A model generated the notes under the pieces. That model did no database searches. It saw only the letters and a program-made list of their open reading frames with translations, and had not been told where the DNA came from. A DNA stretch of 64,000 nucleotides from Actinomycetota bacterium (GTDB lineage: Bacteria > Actinomycetota > Acidimicrobiia > Spongiisociales > ZC4RG35): NCBI GenBank assembly GCA_034658975.1, contig JAYEGJ010000001.1, positions 1,991-65,990 on the forward strand. The letters are read 5' to 3'. How positions within the stretch are numbered: position 1 is the first letter of the stretch; the number at the start of each line of letters is the position of its first letter. The position numbers and the translations under genes were made by a program. Below are positions 26,025-36,056 of this stretch, piece after piece.

Positions 26025-28156
26025 CCTTCGAGAACCTCCGCAATGCCCGCCGACACTCGAGCGACGTCGAGAAGCGCATGGCTTTCGATGGCGAACTGGG
26101 GCCAGGGCACATCGAATCCGGTCACCCTCACAATCGGGGCGACGAGGTCGTACATGGCCTTCGCGGCGACCACGGCGGCTACTTCAGCGGCGACACCGGC
26201 AGATCCCTGGGGCTCCTGAATCAGCAGGAGTCGCCCCGTCTTGGCGACCGAGTCGAGAACGGTCTCGCGATCCCAAGGGAAAAGAGTTCGAAGGTCGATC
26301 ACCTCGACTGAGGCATCGGCATTCTCCGCAGCCTCGAGGGCGACGGGAACCATCCCGCCATAGGTTACGAGGGTGAGATCGGTCCCTTCACGCCGCACCC
26401 GCGCACGACCGATCGGAAGCGTGAAGTGCTCCGTCGGAACATCCTCTCGACCGGCCCGGTATAGGACCTTCGGTTCCAGGAAGACCACCGGATCGTCACC
26501 CTCCAGGGCAGCAGCAAGGAGACCCTTGGCGTCGGTCGGCGTCGATGGGCAGACGACCACGAGTCCCGGTGCGTGAACGAAGTAGGCCTCCGGTGAGTCG
26601 CAGTGGTGCTCGTGGGCGCCGATACCGGCTCCGCTGGGGAAGCGCACAATTACCGGCACCGGGGTGTGGCCTCTGCTGCGGAAGCGGAAACGGCCCATGT
26701 GGCTGACCATCTGGTCAAAGGCCGGGTAAACGAACCCCTCGAACTGGATCTCGGCGACGGGTCTCGCCCCGGCTATGGCCATGCCGATGGCGGCACCGAC
26801 GATCCCGGACTCGTTGAGTGGCGTATCGACCACCCGCTCCTCGCCATATTTCTCCTGGAGACCCTCGGTAACACGGAAGACCCCGCCAACGAGGCCGACG
26901 TCCTCGCCGAGAATCAGGGTGTTGTTGTCCCGTTCCATGGCCTGATCCAGAGCCGCGTTGATTGCTTCGGCCATGGTCCAGGAGCTGGTCTCGCCGTCGG
27001 GGAGATCATCATGGCCCACTATCCAAAGCTCATCATCGGTGAATGGGGTCTCTTCCTCCCCGTGGGAGCGCTGCATGGCGTGCAGTTGCTCCACAACGTG
27101 CTGCGGGATGCGGGCAAAGCCCTGGCGAATGGCGTCGTCACGGCCAGGGAGAGGCTCGGCCTCGATGGCCGTGATGGCGGCATTCACTCGGTCGGTTACC
27201 TCCATGGCAACCTTCTCGCCAGTGCGCTCATCCCATTCACCACGGTTCTCGAGGAAGCGGCGGAGCCGTTCGATGGCGTCCTTCTCCTTCCAGGCCTCGA
27301 CCTCCTCATCAGAGCGATAGAGGGTCGGATCATCCGCCGTTGCGTGTGGCCCGTAGCGATAGGTCATCGCTTCGATGAGCGTTGGTCCCTTTCCACTCCG
27401 CGCACGACGCACCGCGAGCTTGGTCGCCAGATACATGGCGATCGGGTCCATTCCGTCTACGCGGAGACCTTCAAAGCCGTATGCGTCGGCCTTCTGGGCG
27501 ATCGTCTCGGCCGCTGTTTGCTTCTCATATGGCACCGATATCGCGTAGAGATTGTTGGCGCAGATGAAGACGGTGGGCGTCTTCCAGACGCCTGCGAAAT
27601 TCATGCCCGAGTGGAAATCCACCTCGGATGTCGCCCCGTCTCCGAAGTACACGGCGGTGACGGTGTCTTCCCCTCGGATCTTGGACATGTACGAGTAGCC
27701 GACGGCGTGGGGGAGCTGGCTCGCTATCGGAACAGCGACGATCCCGGTGCGATATTTCTCCATATCCCAATCGGCGTTGGGCAGGCCCTTCCAGTACGCG
27801 AGAAGGACCTCCACCGGGAGGCCCCTCGTGATCTGCACGCCGTGCTCTCTGTAGGACGGAAAGACGAAGTCATTGGGCTCCAGCGCGAGGGCAGAGCCGA
27901 TCTGCACCGCCTCCTGTCCTTCCAACATCGCATAGGTGCCAATACGCCCCTGACGCTGGAGGGAGAGCATCCGCCGGTCCAACTCACGCGAGAGGACCAT
28001 GTTGCGATACATCTGCTGGTAGATCTCGGGATCGAGGCCCGGATCCTCACTTACGAGGTCACCGTGTGTGTCGATGACCGTCAGTGTCTCGAATCGACCC
28101 ATGAAACGAGTCTGCCACAACTCTGGGCCTCCTGATTCGGCGATGACTAACTTCAC
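26021..28156 (-). CDS. TPP-dependent 2-oxoacid dehydrogenase E1 component, alpha and beta subunits fused (711 aa).
   Basis: N-terminal alpha-subunit TPP-binding part (YREHG, GDGATSEVDF). C-terminal beta-subunit transketolase-like/pyrimidine-binding part (IQFEGFVYPAFDQ, VVVCPSTPTDAKGLL). Confidence 0.8.
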   Translation of the reverse strand: MKLVIAESGGPELWQTRFMGRFETLTVIDTHGDLVSEDPGLDPEIYQQMYRNMVLSRELDRRMLSLQRQGRIGTYAMLEGQEAVQIGSALALEPNDFVFPSYREHGVQITRGLPVEVLLAYWKGLPNADWDMEKYRTGIVAVPIASQLPHAVGYSYMSKIRGEDTVTAVYFGDGATSEVDFHSGMNFAGVWKTPTVFICANNLYAISVPYEKQTAAETIAQKADAYGFEGLRVDGMDPIAMYLATKLAVRRARSGKGPTLIEAMTYRYGPHATADDPTLYRSDEEVEAWKEKDAIERLRRFLENRGEWDERTGEKVAMEVTDRVNAAITAIEAEPLPGRDDAIRQGFARIPQHVVEQLHAMQRSHGEEETPFTDDELWIVGHDDLPDGETSSWTMAEAINAALDQAMERDNNTLILGEDVGLVGGVFRVTEGLQEKYGEERVVDTPLNESGIVGAAIGMAIAGARPVAEIQFEGFVYPAFDQMVSHMGRFRFRSRGHTPVPVIVRFPSGAGIGAHEHHCDSPEAYFVHAPGLVVVCPSTPTDAKGLLAAALEGDDPVVFLEPKVLYRAGREDVPTEHFTLPIGRARVRREGTDLTLVTYGGMVPVALEAAENADASVEVIDLRTLFPWDRETVLDSVAKTGRLLLIQEPQGSAGVAAEVAAVVAAKAMYDLVAPIVRVTGFDVPWPQFAIESHALLDVARVSAGIAEVLEG

Positions 28157-28161
28157 GTCGC

Positions 28162-29256
28162 ATGCCCTACTTCCGCCCCGACATCAAGGCGCTCAACCCC
28201 TATGAGGTTGGGCGGCCGATCGAGGATGTTGCCCGCGAACACGGCATCGATCCCGCATCGATCATCAAGTTGGCCGCCAACGAGAGTCCGGACGGACCAT
28301 TCCCCGGAGTTGCAGAAGCCGTATCGGCGATGCTGGCCGAGTCGAATCGATATCCCGACAACGACCTGTGGGACCTGAGCACCGCTCTCGCAACCGAGCT
28401 CGGTGTAGATCGCACCAATCTGCTCTTCGGGAACGGCAGTGTTGCCATCATCGCTGATCTGACCAATGCGGTCGGAGGCCCCGGCACCAACATCGTGTAC
28501 GGCTGGCCGAGCTTCGTCATGTACCGGTATGCCGCGATCTGGTCGGGAACCGAGCTCCGGGAGGTGCCGCTCGCTGACGGCTTCGTTCTCGACCTCGATG
28601 CCATCGGTGAGGCGGTAGATGAGAACACGCGCCTCGTCATCCTCTGCAACCCGAACAATCCGACCGGAACCCTCACGCCCAGCGCTGACATCGAGGCATT
28701 CATCGAAACGCTGCCCTCCTCGACGATCGCGGTCGTGGACGAGGCCTATTTCGAGTACGTCGAGGACTCCCGGTACCGAACAGCAATCCCCCTCGCAGTT
28801 GCCGGCCCCCGTGTGGTCGTGGTTCGGACCTTCTCCAAGATCTTTGGGCTGGCTGCCCACCGTATCGGCTACGCCGTCGGGCATTGGGACACATTGACCG
28901 AGGTGCGTAAGGCCCAACAGCCCTTCACCGTGAGCCAACCGGCGCAGGTTGCCGCCCTGGCGACCCTTGGCCAGCCGGAGGAGCTGCGACGAAGGGTGGA
29001 AGCCAATTCGGCTGCTCGTCACTACCTGACCGGTGTCATTGAGGAACGCGGGCTCCCGTTCGCCGAGAGCCACACCAACTTCATCTTCTTCAGGCCAGGC
29101 GAGGATTCACGGGAGGTCTCCACCGCCTTCACCGAACGCGGCGTGATCGTCAGACCCACGTCGGGCGGGTGGATTCGGGTCACGGTTGGCTCCGCGGAGG
29201 AGAACCAAAGGTTTGTTGCAGTGCTCGATCAGGTCATCGAGTCGATCACCGATTGA
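28162..29256 (+). CDS. hisC: Class II aminotransferase of the histidinol-phosphate / aromatic aminotransferase (HisC) family.
   Basis: KLAANESP N-terminal motif, NPNNPTG, and the FSKIFGLAAHRIGY PLP-lysine region. Confidence 0.8.
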   Translation: MPYFRPDIKALNPYEVGRPIEDVAREHGIDPASIIKLAANESPDGPFPGVAEAVSAMLAESNRYPDNDLWDLSTALATELGVDRTNLLFGNGSVAIIADLTNAVGGPGTNIVYGWPSFVMYRYAAIWSGTELREVPLADGFVLDLDAIGEAVDENTRLVILCNPNNPTGTLTPSADIEAFIETLPSSTIAVVDEAYFEYVEDSRYRTAIPLAVAGPRVVVVRTFSKIFGLAAHRIGYAVGHWDTLTEVRKAQQPFTVSQPAQVAALATLGQPEELRRRVEANSAARHYLTGVIEERGLPFAESHTNFIFFRPGEDSREVSTAFTERGVIVRPTSGGWIRVTVGSAEENQRFVAVLDQVIESITD

Positions 29257-29328
29257 TTACCATTTTCGGCCGGGTACTGCGAGCATTGACACTGTAAGCC
29301 TCACCTGCCATTCAGTCAGGAGCCAGTT

Positions 29329-31887
29329 TTGAAAGCCATCGTTTCTTTCCTTGCCGCGCTGTCGCGCAGAGTTCCTTGGGTCGTAGTGATCCTCTCCATC
29401 GTCCTCACCGTCGTCTTCTTTGGCCTCGCCCGCAACATCGAGGTCGCCAGTGGCAACGAGGGTTTTGCCCCGGAAGGACCTGAGATCTCCGCCAGTGAGC
29501 GGATCTCGGAGAAGTTCGGTTCGGAGGTTTCGGAGTCGACCGTCCAGGTGGTGATCCGTGACGATGGCGGCGACGTAGTCACCCTCGATGGCCTCAAGGC
29601 CGCAATTGAGACCGTGGAGGTCATGAGATCGTCCGAGGTCGGGCCAAACCTCGCCGATCGTCCCGAGCGGCCCGGTGTTTTCCACTATCTCTCCGGTGTC
29701 GAGGGGGCGATGGCGGCCCAGGGCATCAGCATCGATCAGATGAACGACGAGATGGTGAAGGCCTTCTATGTGGCGTCGCTGGAGGGCGCACCACCTGAAG
29801 AGGCCTCTTTCCTCACCCGTCTTGTGTCACAGGACTACGACTCTGCCACCGTCTCTGCACAGTCCGGGATGGTCCTGGCTTTTGTTTCGGCCTTCGAGGG
29901 GGAGACTGCCGATGAGTCCTTCAACGAGCAGTCCTTCGCCGAAGTGGCCTTGGCCTCGGATCTCGAAGAAATCGACAGCGATCTGGAGATCCGACCGTTC
30001 TCGCTTGGCCTGCTCTTCTCCGGCACCGACGATTTCACCCAGGAGATTGGCAGGCTCTTCGCCATCGCCTTCGGGGTCATTCTTTTGATCCTGCTGTTCG
30101 TCTACTGGCTCAAGCCAGGAGCACACGGGAGTTGGCGGGGATCCTCGAGGCGCACCGTCGTCGACATGCTCCTCACGCTGCTCACCATCGTGATGGCCAT
30201 CGGGTGGATGAACGGCCTGGGTTATCTGCTCGAGCAGGCCGGGGTGATAGACGCCTTCAGCTCGATCACCCAGATCGTCCCCATTCTCCTGATCGGACTG
30301 GGCGTCGATTACGCCATCCACCTGACCTCCCGCTACCGCGAGTTGGTTGGTGCCGGCGACACAGTTGACGGTGCAATGAGTGGCGCTGTCAAGACCGTGG
30401 GTATTGCCCTTGCTCTGGCGACCGTCACCACCGTCATCGGCTTCCTTACCAACGTCTTCAACCCGGTTCCGGCGCTGAAGGACTTCGGGATCCTGGCCTC
30501 GGTTGGCATCTTCGTTGCCTTCCTGCTGATGCTCACCTTTGTCCCTTCGATTCGGATCCTCCTGGATCGGCGCGCTGAGAGGAGAGGGACCCTTCCAATC
30601 GACTCCCTCCAGAGCCACGGCGACAGAGCGCTGCCCCGGATCATGGAGAAGCTGGCCTTGCTGGCCGAGCATGCGGCGGTCCCGACGATCGTCATCGCTC
30701 TCCTGTTGGGAGGCGCCGGCTACTACGGGTTCACCCAACTCGACACCGAGTTCTCATTCACCGACTTCCTGCCGGAGGATTCTCCCTATGTCGAGACGAT
30801 CACGATCCTGGAAGACGATTTCGGTGGTGGATTCGGCGAGCAAACCCAGGTCCTCGTCGAGGCCACGGATGAGCGGAACATCAGCGATGGAGCGATGTAC
30901 AACATCCTGGTCGACGCCAACAATGACCTGGCTGAGCTTCCGGATGTGTCGGTAATCGAGACCCCCCAAGGGAACTTCGCCAATGCCTTGTCGCCGGTAG
31001 CGATCCTCAATCAGATGTTCCAGGGTGGTCCGACGTCGGCCCCGCCCGAGATCCTTGCTGTGGTGCAGCAGGTGGGAATGGGACCCGGTGGGAAGGTTTC
31101 CGATGACGCCGACATGACACCGCTGTATCAGGCACTACTCGCCGCGGCACCGGATCAGGCATCGCGGGTGATTCACTTCGAGGGGGACACGGTCGATGCC
31201 TTCCTCTGGGATATCACCACGACGGCCGGAGAGAATGTCGATGGATTGAGATCTGGCCTCGACTTGGCCTTCTTACCGGTCAACGATGAGAGTGCGTCGG
31301 CGGTCGCGACGTCCAACAACATCATCAGCGACGTGGTGGTCACTTCTCTCACCGAGTCACAAACCCAGTCTCTCTTCATCACCATTGCCGTCGCCGGACT
31401 GGTGCTGATCATCAACTTCACGATTGAGTCGAGACGCTGGTTCCTCGGAGTGATAACGATTGCTCCGGTGGCGTTGGTCGTGTTGTGGACCTACGGGCTG
31501 ATGAAGCTCTCGGGCATCTCCTTCAACCCTGTCACGGCGACGCTGTCGGCGCTGGCAATCGGTATCGGTGTCCCCTTCACGATCCATATAGCCAGGCGCT
31601 TTCAGGACGATCGCCGCGAATACGACGACATGGACGCCGCGATGCGGTCGACCATGAAGCACACCGGCGGTGCCCTGGCCGGGTCGGCCTTCACAACGAT
31701 GGCCGGCTTCGGTGTGCTGATGACGTCGAGCCTCATACCTTTCCGGCAGATGGGACAGATCACGGTCTATGCCATCGGGTTGGCTCTGGTGGCATCCGTC
31801 CTCGTGCTTCCTTCGATGCTTGCCCTCTGGGACGGTTACCACCGCAAACGCGGAGATGAGACGATCGGCTCATCGATGGTCGAGTGA
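29329..31887 (+). CDS. MMPL family (RND superfamily) membrane transporter.
   Basis: 852 aa. Two 6-TM blocks with large extracytoplasmic loops. GLGVDYAIHLTSRYRE and GIGVPFTIHIARRFQ motifs. Confidence 0.85.
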   Translation: MKAIVSFLAALSRRVPWVVVILSIVLTVVFFGLARNIEVASGNEGFAPEGPEISASERISEKFGSEVSESTVQVVIRDDGGDVVTLDGLKAAIETVEVMRSSEVGPNLADRPERPGVFHYLSGVEGAMAAQGISIDQMNDEMVKAFYVASLEGAPPEEASFLTRLVSQDYDSATVSAQSGMVLAFVSAFEGETADESFNEQSFAEVALASDLEEIDSDLEIRPFSLGLLFSGTDDFTQEIGRLFAIAFGVILLILLFVYWLKPGAHGSWRGSSRRTVVDMLLTLLTIVMAIGWMNGLGYLLEQAGVIDAFSSITQIVPILLIGLGVDYAIHLTSRYRELVGAGDTVDGAMSGAVKTVGIALALATVTTVIGFLTNVFNPVPALKDFGILASVGIFVAFLLMLTFVPSIRILLDRRAERRGTLPIDSLQSHGDRALPRIMEKLALLAEHAAVPTIVIALLLGGAGYYGFTQLDTEFSFTDFLPEDSPYVETITILEDDFGGGFGEQTQVLVEATDERNISDGAMYNILVDANNDLAELPDVSVIETPQGNFANALSPVAILNQMFQGGPTSAPPEILAVVQQVGMGPGGKVSDDADMTPLYQALLAAAPDQASRVIHFEGDTVDAFLWDITTTAGENVDGLRSGLDLAFLPVNDESASAVATSNNIISDVVVTSLTESQTQSLFITIAVAGLVLIINFTIESRRWFLGVITIAPVALVVLWTYGLMKLSGISFNPVTATLSALAIGIGVPFTIHIARRFQDDRREYDDMDAAMRSTMKHTGGALAGSAFTTMAGFGVLMTSSLIPFRQMGQITVYAIGLALVASVLVLPSMLALWDGYHRKRGDETIGSSMVE

Positions 31888-31946
31888 ATCGGGCCGATCA
31901 TTCGTAGTATCGAAAGAGCGGGCTGGAGGCCTGCTCGATCTCAACC

Positions 31947-32933
31947 ATGGATGCATCACGGATCGCAAAAGAAGCCTCGCGGCTGTTGCCCTTCGCCGAG
32001 AAGGTTCTGAAGAAGTACCCCTTCTTGACGCGTGAGGTCGAGCATCTCGCCACCCATTCCAATGTGATGTTTCGAGTGATCACCGAATCAGGTCAGCAGT
32101 TGGTTCTCCGGGTGGGAACACCCCACGCCAACACCCGCTCCAACATCGATGTCGAGGTGGCCTGGCTCGACGCTCTGCACAGTGAGGCCGATCTCGACAT
32201 CGTTGCTCCTATTCGGACCGCGGGGGGCGGTCTCGTCGCCGAGGACGTCGATCCCGAAACCGGGGAAGTGAGACCCTGCGTGCTCTTCACCTGGGTCCCG
32301 GGTGTGCCTCTGGGGGAGGGATCGGGAACCTTCGGCTATCGCCTGCTCGGCCAGATGTCGGCGTCGCTGCAGAAGCACGGGAAGACTTGGAGGCCACCGG
32401 TGGGCGCGGTGATGCGCAGATGGAATCGGATCTTCTACTACGACAAGGCAACGGATCCCGTCATCATCGACGATCCCCTCTTCGGGCATCTGTTCGACAT
32501 CCCGAGGCGTGCGACGATCAGCAAGGCATCCCAGGTCGCTCAGTCGGTCATCGACGAATCGTGGAGCTATGAGCGGGCCCAGGTTGTCCATGGCGATCTC
32601 CACGAGTGGAACGTCCACAAAGTGGGCAGCCGACTCCACGCGTTCGACTTCGAAGATGTGATGATCGCCCTCCCCGAGCAAGACGCTGCGGTCTGCCTGT
32701 TCTCGACTCGTCTCGAGGAGCAGAAGGACATGATGTGGGATGCCTACCGCAAGGGCTTCGAGTCGGTTGGAGAGTGGCCGATCGCCGACGATCGGCAGTT
32801 GGACGGGTTCCACGCGGCCCGACAGATCATGCTGATGAACTACGCAGCGCGCACCTTGCCCATTGGGGAGGCCATGCGGTATCTCGATCATGTGATGCCG
32901 TGGTTGGATGGGTTCGTTCGCCGATATGGTTAG
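31947..32933 (+). CDS. Phosphotransferase enzyme family protein (APH/choline kinase-like kinase).
   Basis: Brenner motif VVHGDLHEWNV and a downstream DFED region. Confidence 0.7.
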   Translation: MDASRIAKEASRLLPFAEKVLKKYPFLTREVEHLATHSNVMFRVITESGQQLVLRVGTPHANTRSNIDVEVAWLDALHSEADLDIVAPIRTAGGGLVAEDVDPETGEVRPCVLFTWVPGVPLGEGSGTFGYRLLGQMSASLQKHGKTWRPPVGAVMRRWNRIFYYDKATDPVIIDDPLFGHLFDIPRRATISKASQVAQSVIDESWSYERAQVVHGDLHEWNVHKVGSRLHAFDFEDVMIALPEQDAAVCLFSTRLEEQKDMMWDAYRKGFESVGEWPIADDRQLDGFHAARQIMLMNYAARTLPIGEAMRYLDHVMPWLDGFVRRYG

Positions 32934-32936
32934 GTC

Positions 32937-33575
32937 ATGCAGTTCCAGAACCGTCGGGCGGCCGGAAAGGAACTGGGTCGAGCGGTCGCCGAATTAGCGC
33001 CCATCGATCCGGTCGTTCTCGCACTTCCCCGCGGAGGAATGCCGGTTGGTTTCGAAGTAGCGGCGGCACTTGGGTGTGAACTCGATGTGCTCGTCGTACG
33101 CAAGGTCGGCGTCCCTTCACAGCGTGAACTGGCGATGGGCGCCGTTGCCGAGCACGACGTGGTCATTCGCAACGAAGAAGTCCTTGCCCTGGCCGGTGTG
33201 TCGGAGGAGGCGTTCCTGGCAGGTGTCGAACGAGAACGCCTCGAACTGGCTCGGCGGCTCGAGATGTATCGCGGCACGGCTGAGGCGGTGAAAGTCGTCG
33301 GCCGCACCGCAGTGATAGTGGACGACGGGCTTGCCACCGGTTCCACCGCGGAGGCGGGAATCGAGGCTCTTCGACATTTGGGTGCTGGAGCGGTGTGGGT
33401 AGCCGTGCCAGTGGCGCCCAGGGACACTTCGCTACGGCTCGGAAGAATCGTCGATCGGTTGGTCGTTCTCAGTCAGCCGCGTTACTTCCAGGCGGTGGGT
33501 GCCTGGTATGGGGATTTCAGGCAAACCTCTGACGAAGAGGTCGAGACTCTGCTCGCCGAATCCCGGCTACGGTGA
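32937..33575 (+). CDS. Type I phosphoribosyltransferase-domain protein.
   Basis: PRPP-binding motif VIVDDGLATGSTAEA. N-terminal LALPRGGMPVGFEVA. Confidence 0.8.
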   Translation: MQFQNRRAAGKELGRAVAELAPIDPVVLALPRGGMPVGFEVAAALGCELDVLVVRKVGVPSQRELAMGAVAEHDVVIRNEEVLALAGVSEEAFLAGVERERLELARRLEMYRGTAEAVKVVGRTAVIVDDGLATGSTAEAGIEALRHLGAGAVWVAVPVAPRDTSLRLGRIVDRLVVLSQPRYFQAVGAWYGDFRQTSDEEVETLLAESRLR

Positions 33576-33606
33576 CCAACCCAGTCGAATAGAGAGGATC
33601 CGCCCG

Positions 33607-34014
33607 ATGCCATCACTTGAAGAGTTCTGCAAGATCGAGGCCGATCTGGGAATGAACGTGATCGGCAAGGCCCCGGCAGGGATGCGGATCGACTTCCCGT
33701 TCAAGGGAACAGCGACGAGCTCACACTGGGATGGGGAGCGGCCAGTGCGCGGAGTCGACTACGTGACCATGCGCTCCGACGGGAACATGGTGCTCGACAT
33801 CCACGCCACCATCGGTGAGAAGCGTGATGCTGTCTCCTACTCGGGTTCGGGCGTTTCCATCGCCAATCCCGATCAATCGGCCGACCCGAAGGAACTGATC
33901 ACATTCGAGACCGGCAACGAAGGCCTCGCCTGGCTCAACAATGAGATCGGTGTCGCTTTCGGCCACGGTGAGGGCGGCAAGATCTCCCTCACGGTCTACA
34001 TCGTCAGGGCGTAG
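33607..34014 (+). CDS. DUF3237 (UPF0311) beta-barrel protein.
   Basis: About 135 aa from MPSLEEF. 'DYVTMRSDGNMVLDIHATIGE...GHGEGGKISLTVYIV' pattern. Confidence 0.55.
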   Translation: MPSLEEFCKIEADLGMNVIGKAPAGMRIDFPFKGTATSSHWDGERPVRGVDYVTMRSDGNMVLDIHATIGEKRDAVSYSGSGVSIANPDQSADPKELITFETGNEGLAWLNNEIGVAFGHGEGGKISLTVYIVRA

Positions 34015-35677
34015 CTTCGGCGCTGGCATGGCGCCTCAACAGCGCCTTCCGAATGACGACGATGGCGAGCACGGCCAGCGATACGGCCAACCCGGTGACG
34101 GGTAGAAGTTGCGAGTCCGGGTTACCCGGTCTCGGCTGGCCCATCTGCAGCAAGAAATCGATCCAAGGGACCCAAAGGATCCCCAGGGTGGCGATGACTC
34201 CGAATCGAGCCAGGTTCGAGCGTTCGTAGGCGACCAACAGGGATCCGGCGATTGTCGGCCACACGAACAGATAGCTGAGCCCCTCGGCGTAGAGACTGGT
34301 GAAGACTCCGAGGACGGCCCAGATGACGATCGCTCCAATGACGGGATTGGGTCCCGTTCGGTGAGTCGTCCTTTTCAACAGAGCCGCTGTCGCCCAGTAG
34401 GCGGCCCCCAAGAGGAACAGGAAATACAAGTAGCTCTCGACGATCACCATTTGGGGCCGAATGGATGCGATCGTCTGCCATGCGAGGGCAGAAACGAGGG
34501 TTGTTCCCAAGATCGCAATGAGGGCCAAAGCGGTGTCGGTGAGTACCGGTCGGAGGAGGCGGCCGGATCGGCTCTTGCGTGCCAAAGCCCACCCAAGGGT
34601 GAGAATCGAGAGGATCGAGAGGGGGATCGCCCAGGCATCCGGATAACGGATCACCCGCCAGTCGGCGAAGGTGAAGTAGTTGGCCCCGCTCTTGGCTTCG
34701 ATACCGGAGAAGTCGGAATCGTCGAAATGGTGAACCAGGCCGAGGACATGGGCACCGTGATGCCGCAAACTCGCCAATCCCACGTTCGATAGCGAGTCGG
34801 CTTCGGTGTGGTAAATCGGTGACCCATGAAGGTAGGCGAAGCTCAACCCCGGGATACCTTCGTCAACGAACGGAGTGAAGTCGGTGCCGCCGCCACCGAT
34901 GAGGTCGGAGAACTCGGTAATGAAGGAGTAGGCGACGGGGTCGGGTTCAGACGCGGCGAGGTCGGCGATGAGCAGGTTCTCGGATCCGCTTACCTCGATG
35001 AGTTGGGACGACCCAGCATTACCGATCGCTTCGAGATTCAGAACGAAGACGACGTCGTCGAACCACGGGTGGCTGGTGATGAAGGCGGTCGCTCCAAAAC
35101 GAGGCGCAGGTTCCTCACCATCGGTAAACAGGAACACGACGTCATTTCGAAGCGGAGTGCCCGAGACGAGGGCTCTTGCCGATTCCATGAGGACGGCGAC
35201 CGCGGCCGAGTTGTCGTTTGCGCCCGGCGTCGCTGGGACCGTGTCGTAGTGGGCGACCAGCAGCAGCGCACCCTTCGGCGTCTCACCCTCCAGCCTCGCG
35301 ATGACGTTGACGGCTTCCACCGTGGCACCAGGAGTTCCGAAGTAGTCCGGGACCTCGAATGCTTGCTTCTCGACGGTCAGGCCGAGGTCGACCATCTCGC
35401 TGACGATGTAGTCGCGAACGCGGATCGACTCTTCACTTCCCATTGGATGGGGCTTTTGAGCAATGGCGTCGACATGGATCATCGCTCTCTCTGTAGAGAA
35501 GGCGACTGCATCAGCGCCGGCGGGCGTCGGCGGGAGGAGAGGCAGGGCACCAAGTGCCAGGCTGAGCAACAGGATCACCCACCACACCCAGCGCTTCTCA
35601 TGGTCTGACGGGATCGGCCACCTCCACGGCCATGGGTACCTGCCGGCTCTGGATGCGACAAGAGGACTTAGTCCCAT
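34004..35677 (-). CDS. M28-family aminopeptidase domain fused to a C-terminal polytopic membrane domain.
   Basis: Signal/TM anchor, then the M28 zinc-ligand region LLVAHYDTVPATPGANDNSAAVAVLME and DGEE, then about 6 predicted TM helices. Confidence 0.8.
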   Translation of the reverse strand: MGLSPLVASRAGRYPWPWRWPIPSDHEKRWVWWVILLLSLALGALPLLPPTPAGADAVAFSTERAMIHVDAIAQKPHPMGSEESIRVRDYIVSEMVDLGLTVEKQAFEVPDYFGTPGATVEAVNVIARLEGETPKGALLLVAHYDTVPATPGANDNSAAVAVLMESARALVSGTPLRNDVVFLFTDGEEPAPRFGATAFITSHPWFDDVVFVLNLEAIGNAGSSQLIEVSGSENLLIADLAASEPDPVAYSFITEFSDLIGGGGTDFTPFVDEGIPGLSFAYLHGSPIYHTEADSLSNVGLASLRHHGAHVLGLVHHFDDSDFSGIEAKSGANYFTFADWRVIRYPDAWAIPLSILSILTLGWALARKSRSGRLLRPVLTDTALALIAILGTTLVSALAWQTIASIRPQMVIVESYLYFLFLLGAAYWATAALLKRTTHRTGPNPVIGAIVIWAVLGVFTSLYAEGLSYLFVWPTIAGSLLVAYERSNLARFGVIATLGILWVPWIDFLLQMGQPRPGNPDSQLLPVTGLAVSLAVLAIVVIRKALLRRHASAEATP

Positions 35678-35766
35678 CCGAGCGGAGGGCCATCCACACG
35701 CTGGCAGTTTCTTATCAGGCCCTTAACGCGCCCTTATGACTGCCTGAGCGAGATTGGAGCCACCCG

Positions 35767-36054
35767 ATGACGGAGCCAGGAATGAAGGTTTGGATCGATC
35801 AGGACGAGTGCATGGGCGCGGGCACATGCGAACAGGTTGCCCCCGAGGTCTTTGAAGAAAGGGCCGACGGATTGTGGGTGGTCAGGGAGGACGAGGCCCA
35901 TTTCAGCACCACAACGGTCTTCGACGGACGGCAGGCAACCGGACACGGCCCTGCTGGCGTGAACGGACTCGCCCGCGTACCCGAAACGCTTATCGAGCAG
36001 GTCCTCGACGCCGCCGAGGAGTGTCCCGGCGAGTGCATCTACGCGGAGGTTTAG
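35767..36054 (+). CDS. Small ferredoxin ([3Fe-4S]/[4Fe-4S], FdxA-like).
   Basis: CMGAGTC...CPGECI cysteine pattern. About 90 aa. Confidence 0.8.
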   Translation: MTEPGMKVWIDQDECMGAGTCEQVAPEVFEERADGLWVVREDEAHFSTTTVFDGRQATGHGPAGVNGLARVPETLIEQVLDAAEECPGECIYAEV

Positions 36055-36056
36055 GA

